From assembly GCA_963667175.2 (NCBI GenBank), contig CAXXXF010000006.1:128001-192000 (forward strand): a stretch of 64,000 bases of DNA, given 5' to 3'. Position numbers and translations under genes: made by a program. The stretch is from Candidatus Latescibacterota bacterium. GTDB lineage: Bacteria > Latescibacterota > UBA2968 > GCA-2709665. Below are positions 1-8,839 of this stretch, one piece after another. The notes under the pieces were generated by a model, which was given only the letters and a program-made list of their open reading frames with translations, was not told the DNA's origin and ran no database searches. Each line of letters starts with the position of its first letter. Position 1 is the stretch's first letter.

Positions 1-73
1 CCACGGTCAGCATCAAAAGAGTCGCCCCAGCCAGCACCAGCCAGAAAACACGGACCTGTCGGGGTACACCCAT
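1..73 (-). CDS. 5' fragment of a membrane-anchored protein running off the window (possibly SCO-family, from context only)
   Basis: ATG at 73 gives MGVPRQVRVFWLVLAGATLLMLTV, a hydrophobic N-terminus, 5 nt after the ABC permease stop. Confidence 0.45.
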   Translation of the reverse strand, partial: MGVPRQVRVFWLVLAGATLLMLTV

Positions 74-78
74 CGGTT

Positions 79-888
79 TTACCGCGCTCCTTCCCGTCGT
101 TTGATCACACCCAGGGAAACGCTCAACGTCAACAGAACAAACAGACACGTCACCAGAAGGCAGGTCTCCGGCGACGGAACCTGCCCCGTCAGTTCAGGCG
201 CATGGAGATACAGCATGTGCCGGACACCGGCGACGCCGTACGTCAGCGGATTGATCCGCATCACCCACGCGAGCCATTCCGGCACGCCGGAAAGCGGAAA
301 CAATGCCCCGGAAAGCGCCCACATCGGCAACAGGAAGAGGTTCATAATGGCATGGAAACCGGCCGTGGACGCCATTCGCCACGCAATTGCGAAACCAAGG
401 CCCGTCAGCGCCAGGCCCACCAGAAACAGAAATGCCACCGTTGCGACGAGAGAGACAGGGCTGACCGGAATATCCAGCTGGAATACGAACAACAGGAACA
501 CCACCCCTTCCAGCACCGCCAGCGTCGTTCCCCCCAGCACCTTGCCGATGACCACCCCGCTCGGGGAAACCGGGGCAACCAGCACGGCTTGCATGAACCC
601 CTCTCTCCGGTCCTCAACCACCGAAATGGTGGAAAAGATGGCCGTAAAGAGCAAGACCATCAGCAGCGCGCCCGGATAGATGTATTCCAGGTAACTCATC
701 GTGCCGGCCATCCCGGCGGGCGAGAAAGACGCGCTCATTCCAATGCCCAGCAGCAGCCAGAACACAAACGGCTGCAGGATCGCGCCAAGCAGCCGGTGCC
801 GGTCCCTGACGAATCGCACAAGTTCCCGTCGCCACAGTGTCGCCGCGGGCAGGAAAAACCCTTCACCGCGCCTCACGTCATCCGGCAT
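79..888 (-). CDS. ABC-2 type transporter permease
   Basis: About 6 TM segments; DRREGFMQAVLVAP and INPLTYGV motifs typical of ABC-2 permeases; overlaps the ATPase gene. Confidence 0.9.
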   Translation of the reverse strand: MPDDVRRGEGFFLPAATLWRRELVRFVRDRHRLLGAILQPFVFWLLLGIGMSASFSPAGMAGTMSYLEYIYPGALLMVLLFTAIFSTISVVEDRREGFMQAVLVAPVSPSGVVIGKVLGGTTLAVLEGVVFLLFVFQLDIPVSPVSLVATVAFLFLVGLALTGLGFAIAWRMASTAGFHAIMNLFLLPMWALSGALFPLSGVPEWLAWVMRINPLTYGVAGVRHMLYLHAPELTGQVPSPETCLLVTCLFVLLTLSVSLGVIKRREGAR

Positions 889-1819
889 TGCCGCCCTCCC
901 CCGTTGCGAACGGACGCCCCGTCTCCCGGATGAACACGTCCTCCAACGTGGGCCTTCCCAGCCTGATTGCGGAAATCCGTTCCCGGAAACCGGCGTACAG
1001 TGAAGCCATCATTGCCTGTCCGTCGTCGCACTCAATCCGCACCGTACCGTCGACGAGCACGGTGGACGCGTTCAACTGCGCTTCGATATCGGCTTTCAGT
1101 GCCTCCGTATGATCGGCTTCGATCACCACCACGTCTTTGTTCATCGAACGCTTCAGTGCCTCCGGCGCGCCCTCCGCGACAAGCCGCCCCCGATCCAGAA
1201 TGCCCACGCGGTCGCACCGCTCCGCTTCCTCGATGAAATGCGTGGTCAACAGCACGGTGACACCCCGCTCCCCCCGCAGTCTTCGTAGATCGTCCCACAT
1301 TGCCCTGCGCGCCAGCGGGTCCAATCCACTGGAGGGTTCGTCGAACAACAGCAGTTCCGGACGGTGCAACAGCCCCCTCGCCAGGTCCACCCGCCTCCGC
1401 AGGCCGCCGGAAAGGTCCTCGGTCCGATCGTCCCTGCGATCCGCCAGGCGGACCGTCCGGAGCGCCGATTCGATCCGCTCCTGCAGGCTTCGTCCTCGCA
1501 GGCCGTATAGATGGCCCTGGTGGCGCAGGTTCTCGAAGGCCGTCAGCTTGAGGTCCAGGCTGGCATGCTGAAACACGACCCCGATGCGCGCCCGTATTCC
1601 CGCAGAATCCCGCAGGGGATCGCGTCCCAATATTCGTACCGTGCCGTCGGTGGGTTCGAGAAGGGTCGTAAGGACGCGGAAGAGCGTTGTTTTCCCGCCG
1701 CCGTTCGGGCCGAGCATGCCATAGACTTCCCCCTTCTCAATTCGAAGATTGATCCCGTCCAGCGCCATCCGATCACCGTAACGATGGCGCAACCCGGAAA
1801 CGGCTATGGCAGGCGACAC
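878..1819 (-). CDS. ABC transporter ATP-binding protein (DrrA-like)
   Basis: Walker A GPNGGGKT, signature LSGG, Walker B LLLFDEP, H-loop TTH. Confidence 0.95.
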   Translation of the reverse strand: MSPAIAVSGLRHRYGDRMALDGINLRIEKGEVYGMLGPNGGGKTTLFRVLTTLLEPTDGTVRILGRDPLRDSAGIRARIGVVFQHASLDLKLTAFENLRHQGHLYGLRGRSLQERIESALRTVRLADRRDDRTEDLSGGLRRRVDLARGLLHRPELLLFDEPSSGLDPLARRAMWDDLRRLRGERGVTVLLTTHFIEEAERCDRVGILDRGRLVAEGAPEALKRSMNKDVVVIEADHTEALKADIEAQLNASTVLVDGTVRIECDDGQAMMASLYAGFRERISAIRLGRPTLEDVFIRETGRPFATGEGGNAG

Positions 1820-1916
1820 TGAGACTCCCTACCGAAAATGTTCATGACCCGAAAAGAGAAAGGTGATAGGCTGCCCCTATCACCCGGAACGACGTGGCTT
1901 GCGTAACCCCATCCCA

Positions 1917-2819
1917 TTACAGGAACGTATCGAACAGCAGGGCGATCCAGAGCAGGGGCAGATAAACCAGCGTCGTGCGCAGCAGCCGTCTCGCGTTCTG
2001 CTCGGACCGGGCGCCGGCAAACGCAATTACGGAATACAGGAGGCAGAGTCCCGCGGCCGCGGCCGCGGCGGCATAGACCAAACCGCACAGACCCGCAATC
2101 CACGGAAGCACGGAACAGGCCAGCAGGACCGCGCTGTAGACGGCGATCTGACCGGCCGTTCGCCGGCCGGCCGGATCGTCCGTGGAAATCATCTTGAATC
2201 CGCCGCGAACGTAATCGTCCCTGTAGATCCAGGCGATGGAGAAAAAGTGCGGGAACTGCCAGAAGAACAGAATACCGAACAGCATCCACGCGCCGCTGCC
2301 GATCTCTCCCTGCGCCGCGGCCCAGCCGCCCATGGGCGGCAACGCCCCCGCGACGGCGCCGACGGCGGTATTGTGCGTGGACACCCGCTTCAGCGGCGTA
2401 TACGCGAACAGATAGATTGCCGAGGTCAACGCCGCCAGAAAACCGGCAAGCCAGTTGATCTGCAGCCCCATATAGAGAATGCCGGTTCCGGACAGCAGGA
2501 GACCGAACAGATAGGCTTCTTCCGGATAGAGGCGACCGGCAGGCAGGGGCCTGCTCGCGGTACGTTCCATCCGTGCATCCAACTTCCGCTCCAGAAACTG
2601 GTTCAGCACCGCGGACCCGCTTGCGATCAGGACCGTCGCCAACAGTGTATGCAGAAGCCGGGAAAACTCGAAAACGCCGGCCGCGCCCAGAACGAACCCA
2701 ACCGTTGTGCTCAGGACGACGAAAACGGTGATTTTGGGCTTGGTGAGGGTCAAATAATCCATCAGGCGCGCCCACGACAAAGCCGGACTCGCCGCCCCGG
2801 TTTCAACCCGCGGTTTCAT
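1917..2819 (-). CDS. ctaB: Protoheme IX farnesyltransferase (heme O synthase)
   Basis: LTKP, NQFLERKLDARMERTASRPLP, YTPLKR, WQFPHF and YRDDY motifs. Confidence 0.95.
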   Translation of the reverse strand: MKPRVETGAASPALSWARLMDYLTLTKPKITVFVVLSTTVGFVLGAAGVFEFSRLLHTLLATVLIASGSAVLNQFLERKLDARMERTASRPLPAGRLYPEEAYLFGLLLSGTGILYMGLQINWLAGFLAALTSAIYLFAYTPLKRVSTHNTAVGAVAGALPPMGGWAAAQGEIGSGAWMLFGILFFWQFPHFFSIAWIYRDDYVRGGFKMISTDDPAGRRTAGQIAVYSAVLLACSVLPWIAGLCGLVYAAAAAAAGLCLLYSVIAFAGARSEQNARRLLRTTLVYLPLLWIALLFDTFL

Positions 2820-2854
2820 CAATCAAGGACCTCCAGCACTCGCCGATCAGCGTC

Positions 2855-3844
2855 TTATGATGCGATCCAGGTATTGCGCGCGGCGCCCGTCCGCCATACG
2901 CGAAGCGTCAGCACCAGGCTGGTTCCCAACACCGCGGCGCCCACGACCACGTGCAACGTCGTAACCGCGACCGCCTTGCCGGTCCAGATCACCAGGGCGC
3001 CCAGCGCGAGCTGAACAACAAGCAGCGCCAGCAACGCCACGGAGGGTCTCGTCAGTTCGGATCGGGTTTCGTGGGCGCGCAGGACACGGCACGCGGTCCA
3101 GACCAGAACTACGGACACCACGACCGCCCACGCCCGATGGGTAAAGTGAATGGCCACTCGGGTCCGGAACGTGTCGATCGAGATGGGAAACGGATCCGTT
3201 GCATCGACAGTCAATTCCGAAAAGGGCGGAATCACGCGGCCGAAGGAAAGCGGGAAATCGGGAATGGCCAGGCCGGATTCCGTATGCCGCATCAGCGCGC
3301 CGAGGATCAGCTGAATGAAAACCACCGCCGTGCCGGCTGCGGCCAGCCATTTCAGCGGCGCCCCGCCCGTCTCCGACAACGGCTCCGCAGCCGCCTGCCA
3401 GCCGGCCGACGTAAACAGCGCGATGCCCACGATCAGGCAGAAAAAGGCCTGCGCCAGGCAGGCGTGGCTTACGGAGATCCACGTGGGCAGGAGATAGAGC
3501 ACCGTCAGGCCGCCCAGCAGCCCTTGCAGGACAATTGCGGCCAGGGCCGCCGCGCCCAGGTTCCGCAACCAGCGCCGTTCTTCCCGGCGCCACAGCCAGA
3601 TGGCAAGAACCGTGGTCAGCACCCCCACGAACGTCGCCACCATCCGATGGCCGTGTTCGTAGAATATCCCGCCGACCATGGGCGGGAATACCATACCGTA
3701 GGAAAGCGGCCAGTCCGGAACCGCCAGTCCCGAACCCGTGCTGCTGACCATCGCGCCGGCGAAAATTAAAAAAAGGGTGGCGCCGGCCGTGAACACGGAA
3801 AACCGGTGCAGCCAGCGATACCCCTGCGACGTTGCGATATCCAC
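2855..3844 (-). CDS. ctaA: Heme A synthase (COX15/CtaA family)
   Basis: GLAVPDWP, EHGHR and HFTHR motifs, about 8 TM helices; GTG at 3844 preferred as start. Confidence 0.9.
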   Translation of the reverse strand: MDIATSQGYRWLHRFSVFTAGATLFLIFAGAMVSSTGSGLAVPDWPLSYGMVFPPMVGGIFYEHGHRMVATFVGVLTTVLAIWLWRREERRWLRNLGAAALAAIVLQGLLGGLTVLYLLPTWISVSHACLAQAFFCLIVGIALFTSAGWQAAAEPLSETGGAPLKWLAAAGTAVVFIQLILGALMRHTESGLAIPDFPLSFGRVIPPFSELTVDATDPFPISIDTFRTRVAIHFTHRAWAVVVSVVLVWTACRVLRAHETRSELTRPSVALLALLVVQLALGALVIWTGKAVAVTTLHVVVGAAVLGTSLVLTLRVWRTGAARNTWIAS

Positions 3845-3872
3845 TTCCGTTCTGCCTGTCCGCCGTCCCCGC

Positions 3873-4145
3873 TCATTCCGCGTCGGCGGCAAGCCATTTG
3901 CCGTTCATACCGAGAATTCCCGGTTGTCGTTTCGAATGACGTCGCGCCCGGCGCATCCAGAAGACCGCCACACCCGCAATACCCACCAGCACGGACACGA
4001 CAATACCCATGAGCACCAGAACCCCGGCCGCCGCGCCCTTTGCCATATCCGATTCCGGATCCCCGTAACACACGGCGCACGCCTGAAGGGCCTCGGGAAT
4101 CGTCAGCGCTCCGCTAACAGCCGTTGCAATCCAGGCACGCTTCAC
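3873..4145 (-). CDS. Small membrane protein with CAVCYG (CxxC) motif
   Basis: Signal-like N-terminus, CxxC, C-terminal TM helix; GTG start overlaps the upstream stop. Confidence 0.7.
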   Translation of the reverse strand: MKRAWIATAVSGALTIPEALQACAVCYGDPESDMAKGAAAGVLVLMGIVVSVLVGIAGVAVFWMRRARRHSKRQPGILGMNGKWLAADAE

Positions 4146-4348
4146 AGATAACTCCATCCCTTGAGCTTCTTCAGAAACCAGAGGCCGTACCAGACCAGGA
4201 CGACGCTCCCGGCAAATGAACCGATGCCAAGTCCGAGATTCGTCCCGTTGCCGGTCGCAGCGTAATCCTGAATCGCCCAGATCCCGAAACCCAGGCAGCA
4301 GAGTATCGACACAATGACAAAGACCACGTGGAATGCCTTGAGTGACAT
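4142..4348 (-). CDS. Small two-TM hypothetical protein in the cox operon
   Basis: MSLKAFHVVF...; two hydrophobic helices; coupled to neighbours. Confidence 0.7.
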   Translation of the reverse strand: MSLKAFHVVFVIVSILCCLGFGIWAIQDYAATGNGTNLGLGIGSFAGSVVLVWYGLWFLKKLKGWSYL

Positions 4349-4361
4349 CGCGTTCTCCGAT

Positions 4362-4679
4362 TCAAACCTGGCCTTCCAACTCACCCACGCCCGAGAATTC
4401 CGTCACGGACGGAAGCAGCATCAGGGCGGCAAAAAAGACGACCGTCAGCGCCAGCACCCAGAAAATAATCTGTTTTTCGGACACCAGGTGCATGAAATAC
4501 CCGGCGACCAGCCCGCCTTTGATACTCGCGATGAACAGCGCGATCAGGACCGTCGCCGCCACCGACTCGATCTTGAGATAGGAGACGCCAACCGTCACCA
4601 CCGTGAGCACAGCCAACGCGGCAAACACCAGAATGTAGACCCGAACATGCTTCCTGATCTCTTCAGCGCTTTCAGCCAT
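4362..4679 (-). CDS. ctaF: Cytochrome c oxidase subunit IV (prokaryotic)
   Basis: 3 TM helices, KGGLVAGYFMHL motif; follows subunit III. Confidence 0.85.
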   Translation of the reverse strand: MAESAEEIRKHVRVYILVFAALAVLTVVTVGVSYLKIESVAATVLIALFIASIKGGLVAGYFMHLVSEKQIIFWVLALTVVFFAALMLLPSVTEFSGVGELEGQV

Positions 4680-4701
4680 ACGATGCCCCTTACAACGTCC
4701 C

Positions 4702-5301
4702 TTACAACAGATAAAGAATCGGAAACAGGAAGATCCATACCAGATCCACGAAGTGCCAGTAGAGTCCGGCGCATTCGATCCGGTTGGCAAACTGCTCGGG
4801 CGCCGTATGCCAGAGCTTGCTTCCCGGGAACAACAGGTAGAGATTCACGATAATGCCGCCCACCACGTGAAGCCCGTGCAGGCCGGTCATCGTAAAGTAC
4901 GTGGCGTAAAACGTGCTGGTGGACGGAAAGATGCCAAGATGGAATTTGTGGGTGTATTCGAAATACTTGATCACCAGGAACACGAAGGCCAGCAGCACCG
5001 TCAGCCCCAGATAGAGTTTGAACCTGCCGAAGTTGTCCATTTTCAGGGATGCCCAGGACATCACCATGGTCACACTGGACGCGATGAGTACGAACGTATT
5101 CAGCGTGGCCAGCGGCACGTTTAACAACTCCGAACCCTGAGGCCAGCTCGGCGCGCCCACCCTGAGCAGGACCAGCGTAGAAAACAACGCGCCGAACAGC
5201 ATCACCTCGGACGCCAGGAACAACCAGATCCCGAACTTTCCGTTATACACCCCCGTAATCGGATGCGGTTCCACCGTGTGGGGAATTTCTTCAACGGACA
5301 C
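4702..5301 (-). CDS. ctaE: Cytochrome c oxidase subunit III (short form)
   Basis: FLASEVMLF, TGLHGLHV and YWHFVDLVW motifs. Confidence 0.95.
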   Translation of the reverse strand: MSVEEIPHTVEPHPITGVYNGKFGIWLFLASEVMLFGALFSTLVLLRVGAPSWPQGSELLNVPLATLNTFVLIASSVTMVMSWASLKMDNFGRFKLYLGLTVLLAFVFLVIKYFEYTHKFHLGIFPSTSTFYATYFTMTGLHGLHVVGGIIVNLYLLFPGSKLWHTAPEQFANRIECAGLYWHFVDLVWIFLFPILYLL

Positions 5302-5345
5302 CGTGTGTCTCCTTTGCGTTTGTAGCGGACGGGCCGCCCGGTTCT

Positions 5346-7142
5346 CTAATCGTCGTCCGCGGGCGTTGGCGCCGGTTCGGATTCGGGTTGATCCACCTGG
5401 CCGTTATCGGACGCGTGCTGCGGTATGAAGTCACTGGACGCGCCCGGAACACTGTATTCGTACGGCCCCCGGCAGACCCTTGGCGTATCCTTGAAATTCC
5501 CGTGCGGCGGGGGCGTGGGCGTTGCCCACTCCAGGGTGGTGGCCTGCCACGGATTGTCCGACTCGACCTTCTTCCCCTTCCTCATGCTCCAGAAGAAATT
5601 GACGATGAAGAAGATCTGCGCCAGTCCCAGCAACCATGCGGACCAGGAACTCATCGCAGTCAGACCCTGCACCTGCGCCCCGTAGGCGTACTGCGTCTGG
5701 TCGTAGAGCCGCCTCGAAACCCCGGCCATCCCCACGAACATCATGGGCATGAACACGCCGTTCATAAAGATCAGGCTGGTCCAGAAATGCAGCTTGCCCA
5801 GCGCGTCGTTCATCATGCGGCCCGTTGCCTTGGGGAACCAGTAATAGATCCCGGCAAACAGCGCGAATATCGTGCCCGGCGCCACCACGTAGTGGAAGTG
5901 ACCGATCACGTAGTACGTATCGTGCAGATGCAGATCCGAGGCCGTGAGGCCCAGCGGCAGCCCCGTCAACCCTCCGATGGCGAACATGGGAATGAACGCC
6001 AGGCAGAACAGCATGGGTACCGTAAACCGGATGGACCCGCCGTGCAGGCTCAACGCGAACGCCGTCAGGATGATCACCGAAGGAATGGAGATGATCATGG
6101 TCGTGGCCTGGAAGAAGGTGCTGATGGTCGTTCCCATCCCCGTCATGAACATGTGGTGCGCCCAGACGATGAACGACATGAATCCGAGAAAGACGATTGA
6201 GTAGACCAGCGTGCGATACCCCCAAAGCGGCCGGCGCGTGTTGTTTGCCACAATCTCGCCCACGATGCCCATTGCCGGAAGAATCAGCACGTAGACTTCC
6301 GGATGAGCGAGAAACCAGAAAAGGTGCTGCCACAACAGCGGGCTGCCGCCGCCGCTCACGTCCAGCGCCTGTCCGGTGACGACGAGGCCGCTGGGCATGA
6401 AGAAGCTGGTCCCCGCGATCCGGTCCATGAGTTGCATGACCCCGGCGGCCTCCAGCGGCGGGAACGCCAGCAACAGCAGAAACGCCGTGACGAACTGAGC
6501 CCAGACGAAGAACGGCAGCCGGAAGAAGGAAAGCCCCTCGGCTCTCATCTGTACCGTCGTGACGATGAAATTCACCGAGCCCAGCAGAGACGAGGTGATG
6601 AGGGCGACCATCCCCCACAGCCACCAGGTCTGCCCGGTGGGCGCGATAACGGCAAGCGGCGGATAGGACGTCCAGCCGGACTGCGCCGCGCCCTCGGGCA
6701 CGAAAAAGCTGGCCAGCATAATGACGCCGCCAACGTAAAACACCCAGTAACTCGCCATGTTGAGTTTCGGAAACGCCATATCCGGCGCGCCGATCTGGAG
6801 CGGCAGCACGTAGTTTCCAAAGCCGCCGACGGCCAGCGGAACCACGCCCAGAAAGACCATGATTGTGCCGTGCATGGCCCCCAGCTGGTTGTAGAATTCG
6901 GGAACCATGATGCCTTCCGGCATATTCACCGCGCTGAACAACGTCCCTATCCAGGGCATCGGCTGCCCGGGATACGCCAGTTGCCACCGCATCATCATCA
7001 TCAGGCAGAAGCCGAACAGAAGGAAGAAAAGGGCGGTTACCGCGTATTGGATCCCGATGACCTTGTGGTCCGTGGAAAACACGTACTTCTGCCAGAATGG
7101 CAACTCATGGTGTCCATGATCGCCGTGCGCATGCTCAGCCAT
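5346..7142 (-). CDS. ctaD: Heme-copper oxidase subunit I, A family
   Basis: TDHK, MHG, DMAFP, HPEVY, WAHH, HDT, HFHY and RR motifs. Confidence 0.97.
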   Translation of the reverse strand: MAEHAHGDHGHHELPFWQKYVFSTDHKVIGIQYAVTALFFLLFGFCLMMMMRWQLAYPGQPMPWIGTLFSAVNMPEGIMVPEFYNQLGAMHGTIMVFLGVVPLAVGGFGNYVLPLQIGAPDMAFPKLNMASYWVFYVGGVIMLASFFVPEGAAQSGWTSYPPLAVIAPTGQTWWLWGMVALITSSLLGSVNFIVTTVQMRAEGLSFFRLPFFVWAQFVTAFLLLLAFPPLEAAGVMQLMDRIAGTSFFMPSGLVVTGQALDVSGGGSPLLWQHLFWFLAHPEVYVLILPAMGIVGEIVANNTRRPLWGYRTLVYSIVFLGFMSFIVWAHHMFMTGMGTTISTFFQATTMIISIPSVIILTAFALSLHGGSIRFTVPMLFCLAFIPMFAIGGLTGLPLGLTASDLHLHDTYYVIGHFHYVVAPGTIFALFAGIYYWFPKATGRMMNDALGKLHFWTSLIFMNGVFMPMMFVGMAGVSRRLYDQTQYAYGAQVQGLTAMSSWSAWLLGLAQIFFIVNFFWSMRKGKKVESDNPWQATTLEWATPTPPPHGNFKDTPRVCRGPYEYSVPGASSDFIPQHASDNGQVDQPESEPAPTPADDD

Positions 7143-7154
7143 TGAAAAGGCTCC

Positions 7155-7925
7155 TTAAAACGAGAATTCGTCCTCTTCGTCCGCGGCCCCGGACTGCTCA
7201 TCGAACCAGGCCTGGAACGCCGCTTCCGACTCGACCGTCAATTGACCACGCATGCGGTAGTGGCCCAACCCGCACAACTGCGCGCAGGCGATGTCGAAGG
7301 CGCCGTTCTTTGTGGCTTCGAACCAGATCCTGATGTCCTGGCCGGGAATCGCGTCCTGCGTCAGCCGCAGTACCGGTATCTTGAAGCTGTGAATGACGTC
7401 CTTCGAGGAGACGTGGGCAATGACGGGCTTATCTTTCACGATATGCAGGTTGTTGATGGCATTGAAATCGTCGTTGCCGTCAGGGTCGTCGGGATCCAGC
7501 CCAAGCAGATTATCGGCGCTGACAAACTCGGGCGCCGTCCGTCCGAACTTGCCGTCTGTGCCCGAGTAGTGGATATTCCAGGCAAACTGTTCGGGTACTA
7601 CCCGGACCACAAGCGCGTCGGACTCGTCGGGAAACGCATGTTTGAAGTCGGCCCAAAGCGGCATGGACAGCCCGATGAGCAGCACCGCCTCGACGACGAT
7701 CACCCCGTACTCCACGTACTTGGCGATCTTTCCCTTGATGGGATCGTAGGTCGCGTCCGGGTTTGCACGCCTCCGATAGCGGACAAGACAATAGATAAAA
7801 AAGACGCCCCAGCCCAGAAACAGCGCCACCATGAAGACATGCAACCAATTGATCAGCCAATCCACGGTGGCGCCGTGGGTTGAGATGTCAATTGGCAGCC
7901 AGTATCCGTACACCTTTTCCTGCAT
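7155..7925 (-). CDS. ctaC: Cytochrome c oxidase subunit II (CuA)
   Basis: Two N-terminal TM helices, DVIHSF, CAQLCGLGHYRM. Confidence 0.95.
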   Translation of the reverse strand: MQEKVYGYWLPIDISTHGATVDWLINWLHVFMVALFLGWGVFFIYCLVRYRRRANPDATYDPIKGKIAKYVEYGVIVVEAVLLIGLSMPLWADFKHAFPDESDALVVRVVPEQFAWNIHYSGTDGKFGRTAPEFVSADNLLGLDPDDPDGNDDFNAINNLHIVKDKPVIAHVSSKDVIHSFKIPVLRLTQDAIPGQDIRIWFEATKNGAFDIACAQLCGLGHYRMRGQLTVESEAAFQAWFDEQSGAADEEDEFSF

Positions 7926-7981
7926 TCGGGACCCCTCCCTTAATCACGTCGCGGACGCGGGCGCCCGCACAATCGCTCCAC

Positions 7982-8722
7982 CTACTTCTTCGGCTTTATC
8001 TTGAACAGGAAGTCCAGGGTCTTGGACTCGCCGTCGGCAACGCTAATCTCCTCCGTCATCGTACCCAGCCGCTTGCTTTCGTGCCATGCCTCGATCGTGT
8101 AGGCGCCCGCCGGCAGACCGGCGATCTCGAATTTCCCTCCCTCGCCGCTGACGGAGAAGAACGGGTGTTCCATCACGCCGATATAGGACTGCATCCAGGG
8201 ATGCACGTCGCATTTGACCGGTACCATCACCTCCGGATTCGCAAACGAAATCGTGATCTTCTTCATGAACTTCGGCATCGCCTTGTTGATTTCGTCGGAG
8301 TTCTCCGGCTTCGGGTGGATGTTGTGCAGCGTGCCGTCGCTGTTGAGCACCGTGATCGGTTGCCCCGCCCTGACGCCCATCACGTGCGGCTTATAGATAC
8401 AGCCCTGCTGATCCAGAACGGCAGGTTCGGTCGGCACGTCGAATTTCTCGCCCTCCAGACCCTTTTTTACGTAGACGAATACGTTGTGCAGCCCTCCATC
8501 GTCGTCGACGACCACGACCTCGCTACGTGCGGGCGCGTCGGGGTGCTTCCCCGCGCACACCGGATCGGCCGCCATCTGGATTTTCTTGCGTCCCGGTTTC
8601 TTACCGCCCGGGAATTCAAGTTTGATGGTTCCGGAAACCGTGGCGCCCGCAAATGCCTCACCCGACGCAAAACAGGCGAAACTCAGCGCGATGATCGCAG
8701 CGATAGACCCACGTCGTATCAT
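7982..8722 (-). CDS. Exported cupredoxin-like / carboxypeptidase-regulatory-like domain protein
   Basis: Signal peptide ending AFA; LDQQGC, HNIH and CDVHPWM; C-terminal beta-sandwich. Confidence 0.75.
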   Translation of the reverse strand: MIRRGSIAAIIALSFACFASGEAFAGATVSGTIKLEFPGGKKPGRKKIQMAADPVCAGKHPDAPARSEVVVVDDDGGLHNVFVYVKKGLEGEKFDVPTEPAVLDQQGCIYKPHVMGVRAGQPITVLNSDGTLHNIHPKPENSDEINKAMPKFMKKITISFANPEVMVPVKCDVHPWMQSYIGVMEHPFFSVSGEGGKFEIAGLPAGAYTIEAWHESKRLGTMTEEISVADGESKTLDFLFKIKPKK

Positions 8723-8839
8723 TCCTGTATCCCCTCTCTTCCGTTTACGGTTGACAGCCCGCCGGTCGTGCGCCTGCCCCGCCAGCCGGCTGATTCTTCC
8801 ACTTTTTTCCGAATCCTAAAGACACCCCGGGTGAGTGTG

